Origin: Candidatus Nanopelagicales bacterium
Lineage (GTDB): Bacteria; Actinomycetota; Actinomycetes; S36-B12; GCA-2699445
Assembly (NCBI GenBank): GCA_037045355.1
Contig: JBAOHO010000012.1
Location: forward strand, 239,071 to 303,070
DNA length: 64,000 nt
Direction of reading: 5' to 3'
Shown: in pieces, positions 37,902-46,245 of the stretch
Layout: each line of letters starts with the position of its first letter
Position numbering within the stretch: position 1 is the first letter of the stretch
Program-made: the position numbers and the translations under genes
Notes under the pieces: generated by a model
Told to the model about the DNA's origin: nothing
The model's database searches: none
The model's input: the letters and a program-made list of their open reading frames with translations, nothing else

Positions 37902-39618
37902 CTTCGACGCGTCGCAGCGGCCCACTGCGGACTTCGAGCCAGACGATATCCGCGATCAGCGCGAGGCCGATCTGGCGCAGCGAGCTCAGGTCGGCCTGCT
38001 GCGTAACAGCGCTGTGATGGCCACCGGTTCGATCATCTCGCGCGTCACGGGGATCCTGCGCAACGCCAGCCTGACTGCGGCGCTGGGTCTGACGATCACC
38101 GCAGACGCGTTCGCGTTGGGAAACTCCCTGCCGGACATCGTCTACGTCTTGGTGATCGGCGGCGCGTTGAACGCCATCTTCGTGCCCCAGTTGGTACGCA
38201 GGATGAAGGAGGACGCCGACGGTGGCCAGGGCTATACCGATTCGCTGATCTCCGCGACCTCGGTGCTCCTGCTCATCGTGACGACGGCCTCCGTATTGTT
38301 CGCGCCACTGATCGTGTCCTTGTACGCCACGAGCGAGTACACGCAGGGTCAGGTCGATCTCGCCGTGGCGTTCGCGCGGTATTGCCTGCCCCAGATCTTC
38401 TTCTTCGGCCTCTACACGATGCTCAGTCAGGTCCTCAACGCCCGCGGACGGTTCGGCATGCCGATGTTCGCGCCCATCTTCAACAACCTCGTGGCCATCG
38501 CCACCTACGTGTCGTTCGTCGTCGTATTCGGTGCCGAGGTGGCCTCGGACGGCGAACTGTCCGGTGGCGAGACTGCCTGGCTCGGGGTCGGCACCACCGC
38601 CGGGATCGCTGCCCAGGCCCTGATCCTCGTCCCGGTCATGATGCGCTCCGGCTACCGGTTTCACTTCTCGCGCAAGTGGCGCGGGATGGGTCTGGGCAAA
38701 GCCGGTCGGCTCGCCGGTTGGACCATCGGGCTCGTGGCCGTGACCCAGGCGGCATTCGTCGTGATCACCCGTTTGGCGACCGCGGCGAACGTCAACGCCG
38801 CCGAAGCGGGGACGCCTCCGGCCGGGCTGGCTACCTACACCAATGCCTACCTGGTGTTCATGATCCCTCACGGCATCGTGACTGTGTCCCTCGTGACCGC
38901 ACAGCTGCCTGGCCTGTCCCGGCTTATCCACGAAGGCCATCGGCGAGCAGCAGGTCGGGACGTCGGACACACCATGCGGTTGACGGCCGCGGCCATCGCA
39001 CCGCTCGCGGGGGCGTTACTCCTGGGCGCTCAGCCGCTGGCCGCGTTGCTCTTCAACTACGGCGCCGGGAGTGCGGAACAGGCAGCACAGTTGGCGAGTG
39101 TCATCTCGATCTTCATGGTGGGACTGTTGCCCTTCACCTTGTACTACGTGCTCCAACGCGGGTGGTACGCGTGCGAGGACACCCGGACCCCGTTCTTGTT
39201 CGCGGTGCTCATGAATGTGTGTTTCGTGGCGTTCGCGCTCTTCCTGTTTCCCCGAGCAGAACCCGGCGGACCTCAGGTTCAGGCGTTGGCACTGGCGTAC
39301 TCGGTGGCCAACATCATCACGTTCGCTGTGGCCTGGCCTGCGTTGCGCAACACCTTGGGATTCCTCGACTCAGGGCGCACAGCCCTTGCCCTGCTCCGCA
39401 TCGTGCCGGCGGTTGTGATCGCGATGGTCCTCACCACCTGGGTTCCGCTGTTCAACGTGTTCGAGCCCGGTGACAGCAAGATGACGGCACTTGTCGACCT
39501 GATCGTGGGCTCTGCTGTCGTCGTACTCGGATACTTGGTCCTGACGTGGGCGCTTCGTGTCGCTGAGGTTCGAGAACTGCTTTCATGGGTGGGTGGAGTT
39601 GCCCGTCGCAGCCGTTGA
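37864..39618 (+). CDS. murJ: lipid II flippase MurJ (MviN)
   Basis: 584 aa: LLRNSAVMATGSIISRVTGILRN..., FALGNSLPDIVYVLVIGGALNAIFVPQLV, about 14 TM segments. Confidence 0.92.
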   Translation: MTQNPSGRTSVSDFDASQRPTADFEPDDIRDQREADLAQRAQVGLLRNSAVMATGSIISRVTGILRNASLTAALGLTITADAFALGNSLPDIVYVLVIGGALNAIFVPQLVRRMKEDADGGQGYTDSLISATSVLLLIVTTASVLFAPLIVSLYATSEYTQGQVDLAVAFARYCLPQIFFFGLYTMLSQVLNARGRFGMPMFAPIFNNLVAIATYVSFVVVFGAEVASDGELSGGETAWLGVGTTAGIAAQALILVPVMMRSGYRFHFSRKWRGMGLGKAGRLAGWTIGLVAVTQAAFVVITRLATAANVNAAEAGTPPAGLATYTNAYLVFMIPHGIVTVSLVTAQLPGLSRLIHEGHRRAAGRDVGHTMRLTAAAIAPLAGALLLGAQPLAALLFNYGAGSAEQAAQLASVISIFMVGLLPFTLYYVLQRGWYACEDTRTPFLFAVLMNVCFVAFALFLFPRAEPGGPQVQALALAYSVANIITFAVAWPALRNTLGFLDSGRTALALLRIVPAVVIAMVLTTWVPLFNVFEPGDSKMTALVDLIVGSAVVVLGYLVLTWALRVAEVRELLSWVGGVARRSR

Positions 39619-39661
39619 GCACCGTCTCAAGCCGTCGTTCCCGCACTCCGATCCCCCAGTC

Positions 39662-40063
39662 ATGGGCCCGAGCGACCGATGCGTCGACAGCGGCGGAATC
39701 GTGTTGGGGTGGTTGCTCAAGATCGTCGCGATCCTCCTGATCCTCGGTCTGGCCGCCTACGATCTGGTCGTTATCGCCGTCGCCAAGGTCACGACCACCG
39801 ATGACACCTCGTTCATCGCTCGCGGAGCGTCCGAGGCCATCGTGCTGCGCAACGCAACCGCCGAGGAAGCCGTCCTGGTGGCCAAGGAGCGCGCCAAGTC
39901 GCGCGGAGTCAAACTCGGCGGCGACGACATCACCATCGACTCCGAAGGATCTGTCACCGTGTCTGTTCACCGAACCGCGGACACCTTGTTCGTCAGCCGG
40001 ATCGGTCCACTGCAGCAGTTCGGTGAAGTCGACGAGACCTACACCACCCGCGCCACCGAATAG
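39662..40063 (+). CDS. small membrane-anchored hypothetical protein
   Basis: In-frame ATG 39662 of ORF 39557..40063, with one TM (VLGWLLKIVAILLILGLAAYDLVVIAV) and a soluble tail. The start is uncertain. Confidence 0.5.
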   Translation: MGPSDRCVDSGGIVLGWLLKIVAILLILGLAAYDLVVIAVAKVTTTDDTSFIARGASEAIVLRNATAEEAVLVAKERAKSRGVKLGGDDITIDSEGSVTVSVHRTADTLFVSRIGPLQQFGEVDETYTTRATE

Positions 40064-40146
40064 CCCCACCCGCGCCACCGAATAGCACCACCCCCGCCAC
40101 CGAATAGCCCCGCCACCGAAAAGCCCCACCCGCGCCACGCCTATCA
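40042..40146 (+). repeat. tandem ~22-bp repeat copying the last codons plus TAG stop of the preceding CDS (c[a/c]ccacccgcgccaccgaaTAG x3, then degenerate copies)
   Basis: Units at 40042-40063, 40064-40085 and 40086-40107, then ccccgccaccgaaaag and ccccacccgcgccacgcc. Confidence 0.9.
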
Positions 40147-40315
40147 CCCCACCGCGTCCCACCCGCACCCCGCACCCCGGCGGACTGACACCACCTGGGC
40201 CCTGGCGATGGCCCTGGACCCGGTCACTCGAACCGCCGCAGTAGGCGCTGAGAATGACGGCAGCCCACGGTGTGCTGGGCACCTGTCGGCGCTGCTGTGA
40301 CGTAACCTGCTGGGT

Positions 40316-41755
40316 GTGACAGATCGGACCGACGCGGGCCTTGCCGGGCGCCCCATCGGCCGATACGTGCTCAATGATCTAGTGGCCGAAAAGGCCGGTA
40401 CCACTGTGTGGCGCGCGACAGATCCTGCCCTGCGCAGGCCAGTGAGCGCCCGCCTCATCCCCTTGGACCATCCCCGGGTTGCCGACCTTCGCGCGGCCGC
40501 CCAACACGCAGCCAGTGTGCAGGACCGCCGGGTGGTCCGGATGCTGGATGTCGTCGAGACCGACGACTACCTGGCGATCATCTCCGAATGGATCCCCGGC
40601 AACTCCTGGCCCGAACTGCTCACGGAACGGTGGAGTCCGCAGGAAGCAACAGTCGTGGCCCTCGAAGTGGCCAAAGCTCTCGAGGCCGCCCACGCCGTGG
40701 GCGTCACCCACGGCCGCCTGCGACCCGATTCGGTGATGATCACCGACAACCAAGAGGTACGGCTGCGCGGCTTGGGGATCGACGCTGTCCTCCTCGGGGC
40801 GGACCCATCGGTCGATCCCCGCCGGGCCGACATCGAAGGCGTCGGATCCCTGCTGTACGCCGGACTGACCCGTCGGTGGCCCAGCGCCGACGGGGAGCCG
40901 ACGGACGGACTGCCCCCGGCCCCCCTCTCGCATGGGGTCCCCCAGCCTCCCTCAACAGTCGCCCCCGACGTCCCCGCCAGCCTCGACCGAATCATCGCCC
41001 GCTGTCGGGCGGCCCGGGGCTCCGCCGCCAAGAGGTCCGACTCCTTCACCGAGATGGGGGAATGTGTCGATGCGCTGGAGCGGGCGTTCACGGCAGTGCC
41101 GCATGAGGACTCCGATACCGAGTTCACCACCGACCAGGACTCGGCCACCGACAGGCTCGTCGGGCGGGTCAGCACCCTTGCCGTCGGAGTACTGGCCGTC
41201 GCCGGGCTGGTCTTGCTCGGTTGGCAACTCGTCACCAACCTTGCTTCCGAACCCGACACCGCCCTGCAAGCCGCCGTTCCGCTTGACGCGCTGCCACCCG
41301 TCGAAACTCCCGCCCCCGAGTCCCCGTTCGCAATCGTCGGTGCGGAAGACTTCGATCCGGCAGGCGACCGCTTCGAAGGAGGTCGAACAGCGCGGAAGGC
41401 GATCGATCGGAAGCGTGGCACGGCGTGGTACACCGACTCCTACAGCAGCCCCGACCTGAACGGCAAAGGTGGAGTGGGACTGCTCCTCGACCTCGGCGCG
41501 GTGCGCCCCGTGCGGGCGATCAACCTGCGTCTCGTAGGAACCGGCAGCGACTTCGAGATCCGCACCGCCCAGGAGCGTCCGCGTCGACTCTCCGACTTCC
41601 GCCGGATCGTTTCGGTGAAGGGTGCGGGTGACGCCATCAAGGTTCGGACCCCCAAAGCCCGCAATGCCCGGTTCGTCCTCGTCTGGCTGACGCGGCTGCC
41701 TTTCGACGGCAGCTACTACACCGGCGGCGTGCGCGACGTCAAAGTCGTCGGCTGA
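40316..41755 (+). CDS. Ser/Thr protein kinase-like pseudokinase with TM and extracellular domain (counterpart of the C-terminal part of mycobacterial MviN)
   Basis: Kinase fold (YLAIISEWIPGNSW...ALEAAHAVGVTHGRLRPDSVMI), but it has VSARLI instead of VAIK and HGRLRP instead of HRDLKP. One TM (LAVGVLAVAGLVLLGW). Confidence 0.78.
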   Translation: MTDRTDAGLAGRPIGRYVLNDLVAEKAGTTVWRATDPALRRPVSARLIPLDHPRVADLRAAAQHAASVQDRRVVRMLDVVETDDYLAIISEWIPGNSWPELLTERWSPQEATVVALEVAKALEAAHAVGVTHGRLRPDSVMITDNQEVRLRGLGIDAVLLGADPSVDPRRADIEGVGSLLYAGLTRRWPSADGEPTDGLPPAPLSHGVPQPPSTVAPDVPASLDRIIARCRAARGSAAKRSDSFTEMGECVDALERAFTAVPHEDSDTEFTTDQDSATDRLVGRVSTLAVGVLAVAGLVLLGWQLVTNLASEPDTALQAAVPLDALPPVETPAPESPFAIVGAEDFDPAGDRFEGGRTARKAIDRKRGTAWYTDSYSSPDLNGKGGVGLLLDLGAVRPVRAINLRLVGTGSDFEIRTAQERPRRLSDFRRIVSVKGAGDAIKVRTPKARNARFVLVWLTRLPFDGSYYTGGVRDVKVVG

Positions 41756-41776
41756 CCCAGATACCATCCAAGCGCC

Positions 41777-42379
41777 ATGACCGACGCCACGATCTCGGGC
41801 CGCCCGGAGTCCGACGAGGAACTCCTCGCAGCCCACGTCGCCGGCGAACCACGTGCGTTCGACGAACTGGTGCGTCGGCACGGCGACCGGATGTGGGCCG
41901 TTGCCCTGCGCACGTGTCGGGATCCCGAGGAAGCCTCCGACGCGGTCCAAGATGCGTTCATCTCCGCGTTTCGCCGCGCCGACACATTCCGGGGGACGGC
42001 TAAGGTCAGCACCTGGCTGCACCGGATCGTCGTCAACGCATGCCTCGACCGACTGCGAGCGAAGAAGGTGCGCCCAACAGTCGCGCTTCCCGAGGAAGCT
42101 CCGGACGCCGGTGTCCCGGATCACCGCGATCCGATCGACGAACACACCACCCGGCTGACGGTCCTGGGAGCCCTCGCGCAGTTGCCGGCGGACCAGCGAG
42201 TGGCCATCACGTTGGTGGATCTCGAGGGATGGTCCGTGGACGACGCCTCCGACGTCCTCCAGTGTCCCCCGGGCACCGTGAAAAGCCGATGCCACCGCGG
42301 TCGAGCCCGATTGGCCCAGTTGCTGCGGAACCAGCCCGCTGCATCGGGCGTCCCACCATCGGGAGGTGACCAGGAGTGA
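41777..42379 (+). CDS. sigM: ECF RNA polymerase sigma factor, SigM-like by synteny
   Basis: Region 2 (FDELVRRHGDRMWAVALRTCRDPEEASDAVQDAFISAF) and region 4 (LPADQRVAITLVDLEGWSVDDASDVLQCPPGTVKSRCHRGRARL). It lies between the murJ/pseudokinase genes and trxB, as in mycobacteria. Confidence 0.85.
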   Translation: MTDATISGRPESDEELLAAHVAGEPRAFDELVRRHGDRMWAVALRTCRDPEEASDAVQDAFISAFRRADTFRGTAKVSTWLHRIVVNACLDRLRAKKVRPTVALPEEAPDAGVPDHRDPIDEHTTRLTVLGALAQLPADQRVAITLVDLEGWSVDDASDVLQCPPGTVKSRCHRGRARLAQLLRNQPAASGVPPSGGDQE

Positions 42380-43225
42380 GGTCTGTCGACGACGGCTTCT
42401 CCCCCGAGGACGAAGAGTCCCCCGAGGACGAAGAATCCCCCCAGGACGAAGAATCCCCCGGGGCCCCCACGGGCGCGGAGTCCCACCAAGGCGCGGAGTC
42501 CCCCGCAGGCGCGAGCCCGGAATCACCATTCACCAGTGAGGCGCGGATCCGGGAACTGCTTGGCGGCCCAACCCCGCCCGCAGATGCCGACCGCCGTTCG
42601 CGAACGCATCCTGGCTGCATTGGCGGCCGAACCCCAGCCCGACTTCACGGCAACCCCTGGCAACAACAAGGCCGCCGGTGGGGCCACTGGCGGGTCCAAT
42701 GGCAAGGCATGGTGGACATTTGCGGCGGTGGCGGCAGCCTTTGTGCTCCTCGTGGGCGTCGTGTTCCTGCCGCGGTCCTCCGAACCCCCGGCCACCACCA
42801 TCGCGGGCGAGCAGGCGCCCTCCGTGGGCGATGATCACAAGGTCGCCACTGACGTGTCGTGCGGAGGGCAGCCCCTGACCTACGAGTCGGGAACCAGGTA
42901 TGTCCCGGCATCGTTCACTGACCAGGCCCAGGATCTGGCGGCCTACTGTTCGGCGGAGGCCCGCTCGCCAGTATCCACTCAGAACCAGGTGCGACCCGCC
43001 GAACCCACTCGTGACCCAGTTCCGGCGATGAGCCCCGGTCTGGCCCTGAGATCCATGCGGTGCGTGATCGAGGCAGCACCCACAGCAGATGTCATGGTCG
43101 TCGATCGTGGGTACTACGGCACGGACCCGGCGACGATCGCAGTCGTCGGACCACCCAGTCGGGCGCTCGTCATCGACTGCCAGGACCAGCCCGAACGGGT
43201 CGTTGCCGAGGTGGGTCTGGACTGA
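42376..43225 (+). CDS. anti-sigma factor (anti-SigM-like), probably frameshifted near 42567-42569 (alternative: independent start at GTG 42536 or ATG 42584)
   Basis: GTG 42376 overlaps the sigM stop (GTGA). The acidic N-terminus ...[15 protein letters not shown] is in one frame. [21 protein letters not shown], a TM ([20 protein letters not shown]) and an extracytoplasmic domain are in ORF 42536..43225. Confidence 0.6.
42399..42452 (+). repeat. 3 x 18-bp in-frame repeat ([18 protein letters not shown])
   Basis: Read directly. Confidence 0.85.
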
Positions 43226-43245
43226 CGCCCGTCAGTCCCTTTCGC
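43219..43245 (+). terminator. hairpin overlapping the anti-sigma stop codon
   Basis: GGACTGAC / gccc / GTCAGTCC, followed by ctttcg. Confidence 0.4.
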
Positions 43246-43263
43246 AAAGTCCATTCCTCCTTC

Positions 43264-43335
43264 CTCGGGTCCTTGGGCTTTCTCGGTTCCTTGAGCTTTC
43301 TCGGGTCCTTCGGCTTTCTCGGTTCCTTGAGTTTG
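43264..43335. repeat. 4 x 18-bp intergenic tandem repeat (ctcgg[g/t]tccttg[g/a]gcttt)
   Basis: Units at 43264, 43282, 43300 and 43318. All reading frames are open, so coding cannot be excluded. Confidence 0.85.
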
Positions 43336-43422
43336 GGCTTTTCCTGGTTCGCCTGGGATCCTCGGTGGGTCCTCCTCGGATCTCCTCTCTGAACCTGATT
43401 CCCCCGGGACGATCCGCGGGGC

Positions 43423-43448
43423 GGAATGATCCCCGGAGCCGCTTCGTT
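43423..43448 (+). promoter_or_regulatory. SigR/SigH-type (redox-stress ECF) promoter upstream of trxB-trxA
   Basis: GGAAT (43423-43427), an 18-nt spacer, then GTT (43446-43448). This matches the GGAAT-N18-GTT consensus and lies 46 nt upstream of the trxB GTG. Confidence 0.6.
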
Positions 43449-43493
43449 GCACGCCATGGGTACCCTCTGTCGGTACGCCCGGGAAGGACCATC

Positions 43494-44430
43494 GTGACCG
43501 ATATCCGCAACGTCATCATCGTCGGCTCTGGACCGGCCGGATACACGGCGGCGGTCTACGCCGCCCGGGCGCAGTTGCAGCCACTGGTCTTCGAGGGGGC
43601 CGTGACCGCCGGTGGAGCGTTGATGAACACCACCGAGGTCGAGAACTTCCCCGGTTTTGCCGAGGGCATCATGGGTCCGGAACTCATGTCCCAAATGAAG
43701 CTGCAGGCCGAGCGATTCGGCGCCGATCTCATCACCGATGACGTCACCGACATCCGGGTGGACGGTGACATCAAGACCGTCGTCGACGGTGCCGGTCAGG
43801 AACATCGCGCCCGGGCACTGATCCTGGCCATGGGATCGGGATATCGCGAGATCGGCCTACCCGACGAGAAGCGCTTGAGCGGGCACGGGGTGTCCTGGTG
43901 CGCCACGTGCGACGGATTCTTCTTCCGCAACCAGCACATAGCCGTGGTGGGCGGCGGCGACTCGGCCATGGAGGAAGCCACCTTCCTCACCCGGTTCGCC
44001 GACAAGGTCACAGTGATCCATCGGCGCGACTGAACTGCGCGCCAGCAAGATCATGGCCGAGCGGGCGCTGGCTGATCCCAAGATCGAGTTCGCGTGGAAC
44101 AGCACGGTGACGGCGCTGCACGGCGACGACAAGTTGACCGGCGTGACGCTGGAGGACACCGTCACCGGACAGCGGCGAGAACTGACGGTGAGTGGTCTGT
44201 TCATCGCGATTGGTCACGATCCTCGCTCGGAGTTGGTCAAGGGCCAGATCGAACTCGACGGGGAGGGCTACGTGATCGTGGACCACCCCTCGACCCGCAC
44301 CAACGTCGCCGGCGTCTTCGCGTGCGGGGATGTGGTCGATCACACGTATCGCCAGGCCATCACCGCCGCGGGTACCGGGTGCTCCGCCGCACTCGACGCC
44401 GAGCGATTCCTGGCCGACCTGGGAATGTGA
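43494..44430 (+). pseudogene. trxB: thioredoxin-disulfide reductase interrupted by one extra T at 44031 (likely sequence error)
   Basis: GTG 43494 follows gggaagga. [20 protein letters not shown], redox [20 protein letters not shown], ...VTVIHRRD then TGA. Deleting t44031 gives HRRDELRASKIMAERAL... and joins ORF 44053..44430 (GLFIAIGH, FACGDVVD). Confidence 0.9.
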
Positions 44431-44504
44431 CGGCCACGCCGCCACCCGCACCGAATCTCGCACCGTAGGGTGAGGGCTACACCACAGGAGAAACTGGAGA
44501 AATC

Positions 44505-44831
44505 GTGGGAGCACACACGAAGGCAGTAACCGACGCCTCGTTCGTCGAGGATGTCCTGCAGGCGGACAAGACCGTCCTGGTGGATTTCTGGGCCGAATGG
44601 TGCGGCCCCTGCCGCATGGTCGCGCCGATCCTCGACGAGATCGCAGCGGAACACGGCGACAAGCTGAGCATCGTCAAACTGAACGTCGACGAGAACCCAC
44701 AGACCGCGGCCAGCTACGGGGTCGTCAGTATCCCGACCCTGAACGTGTACTCCGGTGGCCAGGTCGTCAAGCAGATCGTCGGGGCGAAACCCAAGCAGGC
44801 ACTGCTGAAGGACCTAGCCGAGTTCCTGTGA
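44505..44831 (+). CDS. trxA: thioredoxin
   Basis: 108 aa with VLVDFWAEWCGPCRMVAPILDEIA. Confidence 0.93.
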   Translation: MGAHTKAVTDASFVEDVLQADKTVLVDFWAEWCGPCRMVAPILDEIAAEHGDKLSIVKLNVDENPQTAASYGVVSIPTLNVYSGGQVVKQIVGAKPKQALLKDLAEFL

Positions 44832-44858
44832 CGCTCAGCTATCTCGGGGCTTGCTGAG

Positions 44859-46010
44859 GTGACCGGCTTCAAGTTGGGCGACCGGGGGCCCGCGGTCGCC
44901 GAAGTTCGTGCTCGCCTGGCCCGACTGGGGCTGCTCCCCGGATCTCAGTACGCCGAACAGCGCGCCGGTGAGGACCCGCTGCGTTCAGGGATGAGCACCC
45001 AACCCGGGGAACCCTGGCAGTGGCAGACCACCGCGCTCGCGAGCGCGGAATTCGACGAAACCGTCGAGAGCGCCGTCCGGACGTTCCAGGAGCAGCGCGG
45101 GATCACCGTCGATGGGGTCGTGGGGCCCGAGACCTTCCGCCGCCTCGAAGAGGCCCGCTGGCAGCTCGGCGACCGCATACTCTCCTACGCCGCCGCGCAT
45201 CCGACCGTCGGCGAGGACGTCCTGGACCTTCAGAAGCGGCTGAACGCCATGGGATTCTCGTGCGGTCGCGAGGACGGGCATCTGGGGCCCAACACTGACG
45301 CGGGGATCCGTGAGTTCCAGCGCAACACCGGCATCCGATCGGACGGCGTGTGCGGTCCCGCGACGTTCCGGGCGCTCGGCCGACTGCGTCGCACGGTAGG
45401 GCGGCACTCCGGTCACGCCGTCCGGGAACGGTACTCATTGCACGACATCCGGACGGGCGTGCGCGGCAAGGTCGTGATCATCGACCCGGCGACCGGAACC
45501 GACGCACCCACCCAGGCCGACATCTGCGGTGACCTTGCGGCGCGGATCGAAGGTCGCCTGACCGCGCTCGGCACCCAGGTACTGATCACTCGATCCCTGG
45601 CGGTCCCGGGTCCAGACCATACCGACGACTCCACCGCGAATCTCGCGAACGATGTCGGAGCCGACCTGGTACTCAACCTGACTGTGGTGAACGACCCCGA
45701 CGCGGGAGCGGGCACCGCGACCTACTTCTACGGCCGCGACGACACGTCCTTCTCCGTACCCGGCCAACTGGCTGCCACCTTGCTGCTGGACGGGATCGTC
45801 GACCACACCGATCTGGACAACAGGTCCCGACATGCCCGCACATGGGATCTGCTGCGGTTGACCCGGATGCCGGCCGTGCGCATCGAGTGCGGCAACCTCG
45901 CGGCCGACCGCGACGCCAGCCGTCTGTCCGACCCGGTCTTCGTCGACTCCCTCGCGCGCGCCATCGCGGATTCGGTCGAGCGGTTCTTCTCACCGGAACA
46001 CGTCCTGTAG
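44859..46010 (+). CDS. cwlM: CwlM-like N-acetylmuramoyl-L-alanine amidase-domain protein with two peptidoglycan-binding domains
   Basis: Two PG_binding_1-like repeats (GDRGPAVAEVRARLARLGLL; VRTFQEQRGITVDGVVGPETFRRL; IREFQRNTGIRSDGVCGPATFRAL) and an Amidase_3-like C-terminus. Synteny after trxA. Confidence 0.85.
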   Translation: MTGFKLGDRGPAVAEVRARLARLGLLPGSQYAEQRAGEDPLRSGMSTQPGEPWQWQTTALASAEFDETVESAVRTFQEQRGITVDGVVGPETFRRLEEARWQLGDRILSYAAAHPTVGEDVLDLQKRLNAMGFSCGREDGHLGPNTDAGIREFQRNTGIRSDGVCGPATFRALGRLRRTVGRHSGHAVRERYSLHDIRTGVRGKVVIIDPATGTDAPTQADICGDLAARIEGRLTALGTQVLITRSLAVPGPDHTDDSTANLANDVGADLVLNLTVVNDPDAGAGTATYFYGRDDTSFSVPGQLAATLLLDGIVDHTDLDNRSRHARTWDLLRLTRMPAVRIECGNLAADRDASRLSDPVFVDSLARAIADSVERFFSPEHVL

Positions 46011-46041
46011 CTCAGCCCGGCTGGAGTCTTCGTCGAAAGTC

Positions 46042-46191
46042 TCACCGCCCGAGGCGCTGATGCTCCAGGTCGTCGCGATACGGCGATACCGGGTGCGCCC
46101 GCAGTAATGACGCGAGGAAGCCCACCAGGCCACCCGCCAGGAACGCGATCACGACCCACCTGGTGGTTCGACTTTGGTTTCCAGGGGACAT
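46042..46191 (-). CDS. possible small membrane protein (49 aa), below the ORF-track size cutoff
   Basis: Own translation: MSPGNQSRTTRWVVIAFLAGGLVGFLASLLRAHPVSPYRDDLEHQRLGR. It has strong GC3 bias and one TM. Confidence 0.35.
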   Translation of the reverse strand: MSPGNQSRTTRWVVIAFLAGGLVGFLASLLRAHPVSPYRDDLEHQRLGR

Positions 46192-46245
46192 TCAGGCATC
46201 GTAGAACGTCGCCCGCTGCATGTTCGCCCGGCCGTGAGGAGTCCC

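Noticed and set aside
40952-42529. 525-aa minus-strand ORF
   Set aside because: It is antisense to the pseudokinase and sigM genes and has no recognisable motifs.
43114-43452. 112-aa minus-strand ORF (and 43170..43805) spanning the 18-bp repeats
   Set aside because: All frames are open because of repeat composition, there is no RBS or clear start, and it overlaps the trxB promoter. Treated as non-coding, although a repeat peptide cannot be fully excluded.
44020-44040. Programmed ribosomal frameshifting or recoding as an explanation for the split genes
   Set aside because: I saw no slippery heptamers or downstream structures. The junction contexts differ from one another. A simple one-base insertion restores conserved motifs in each case.
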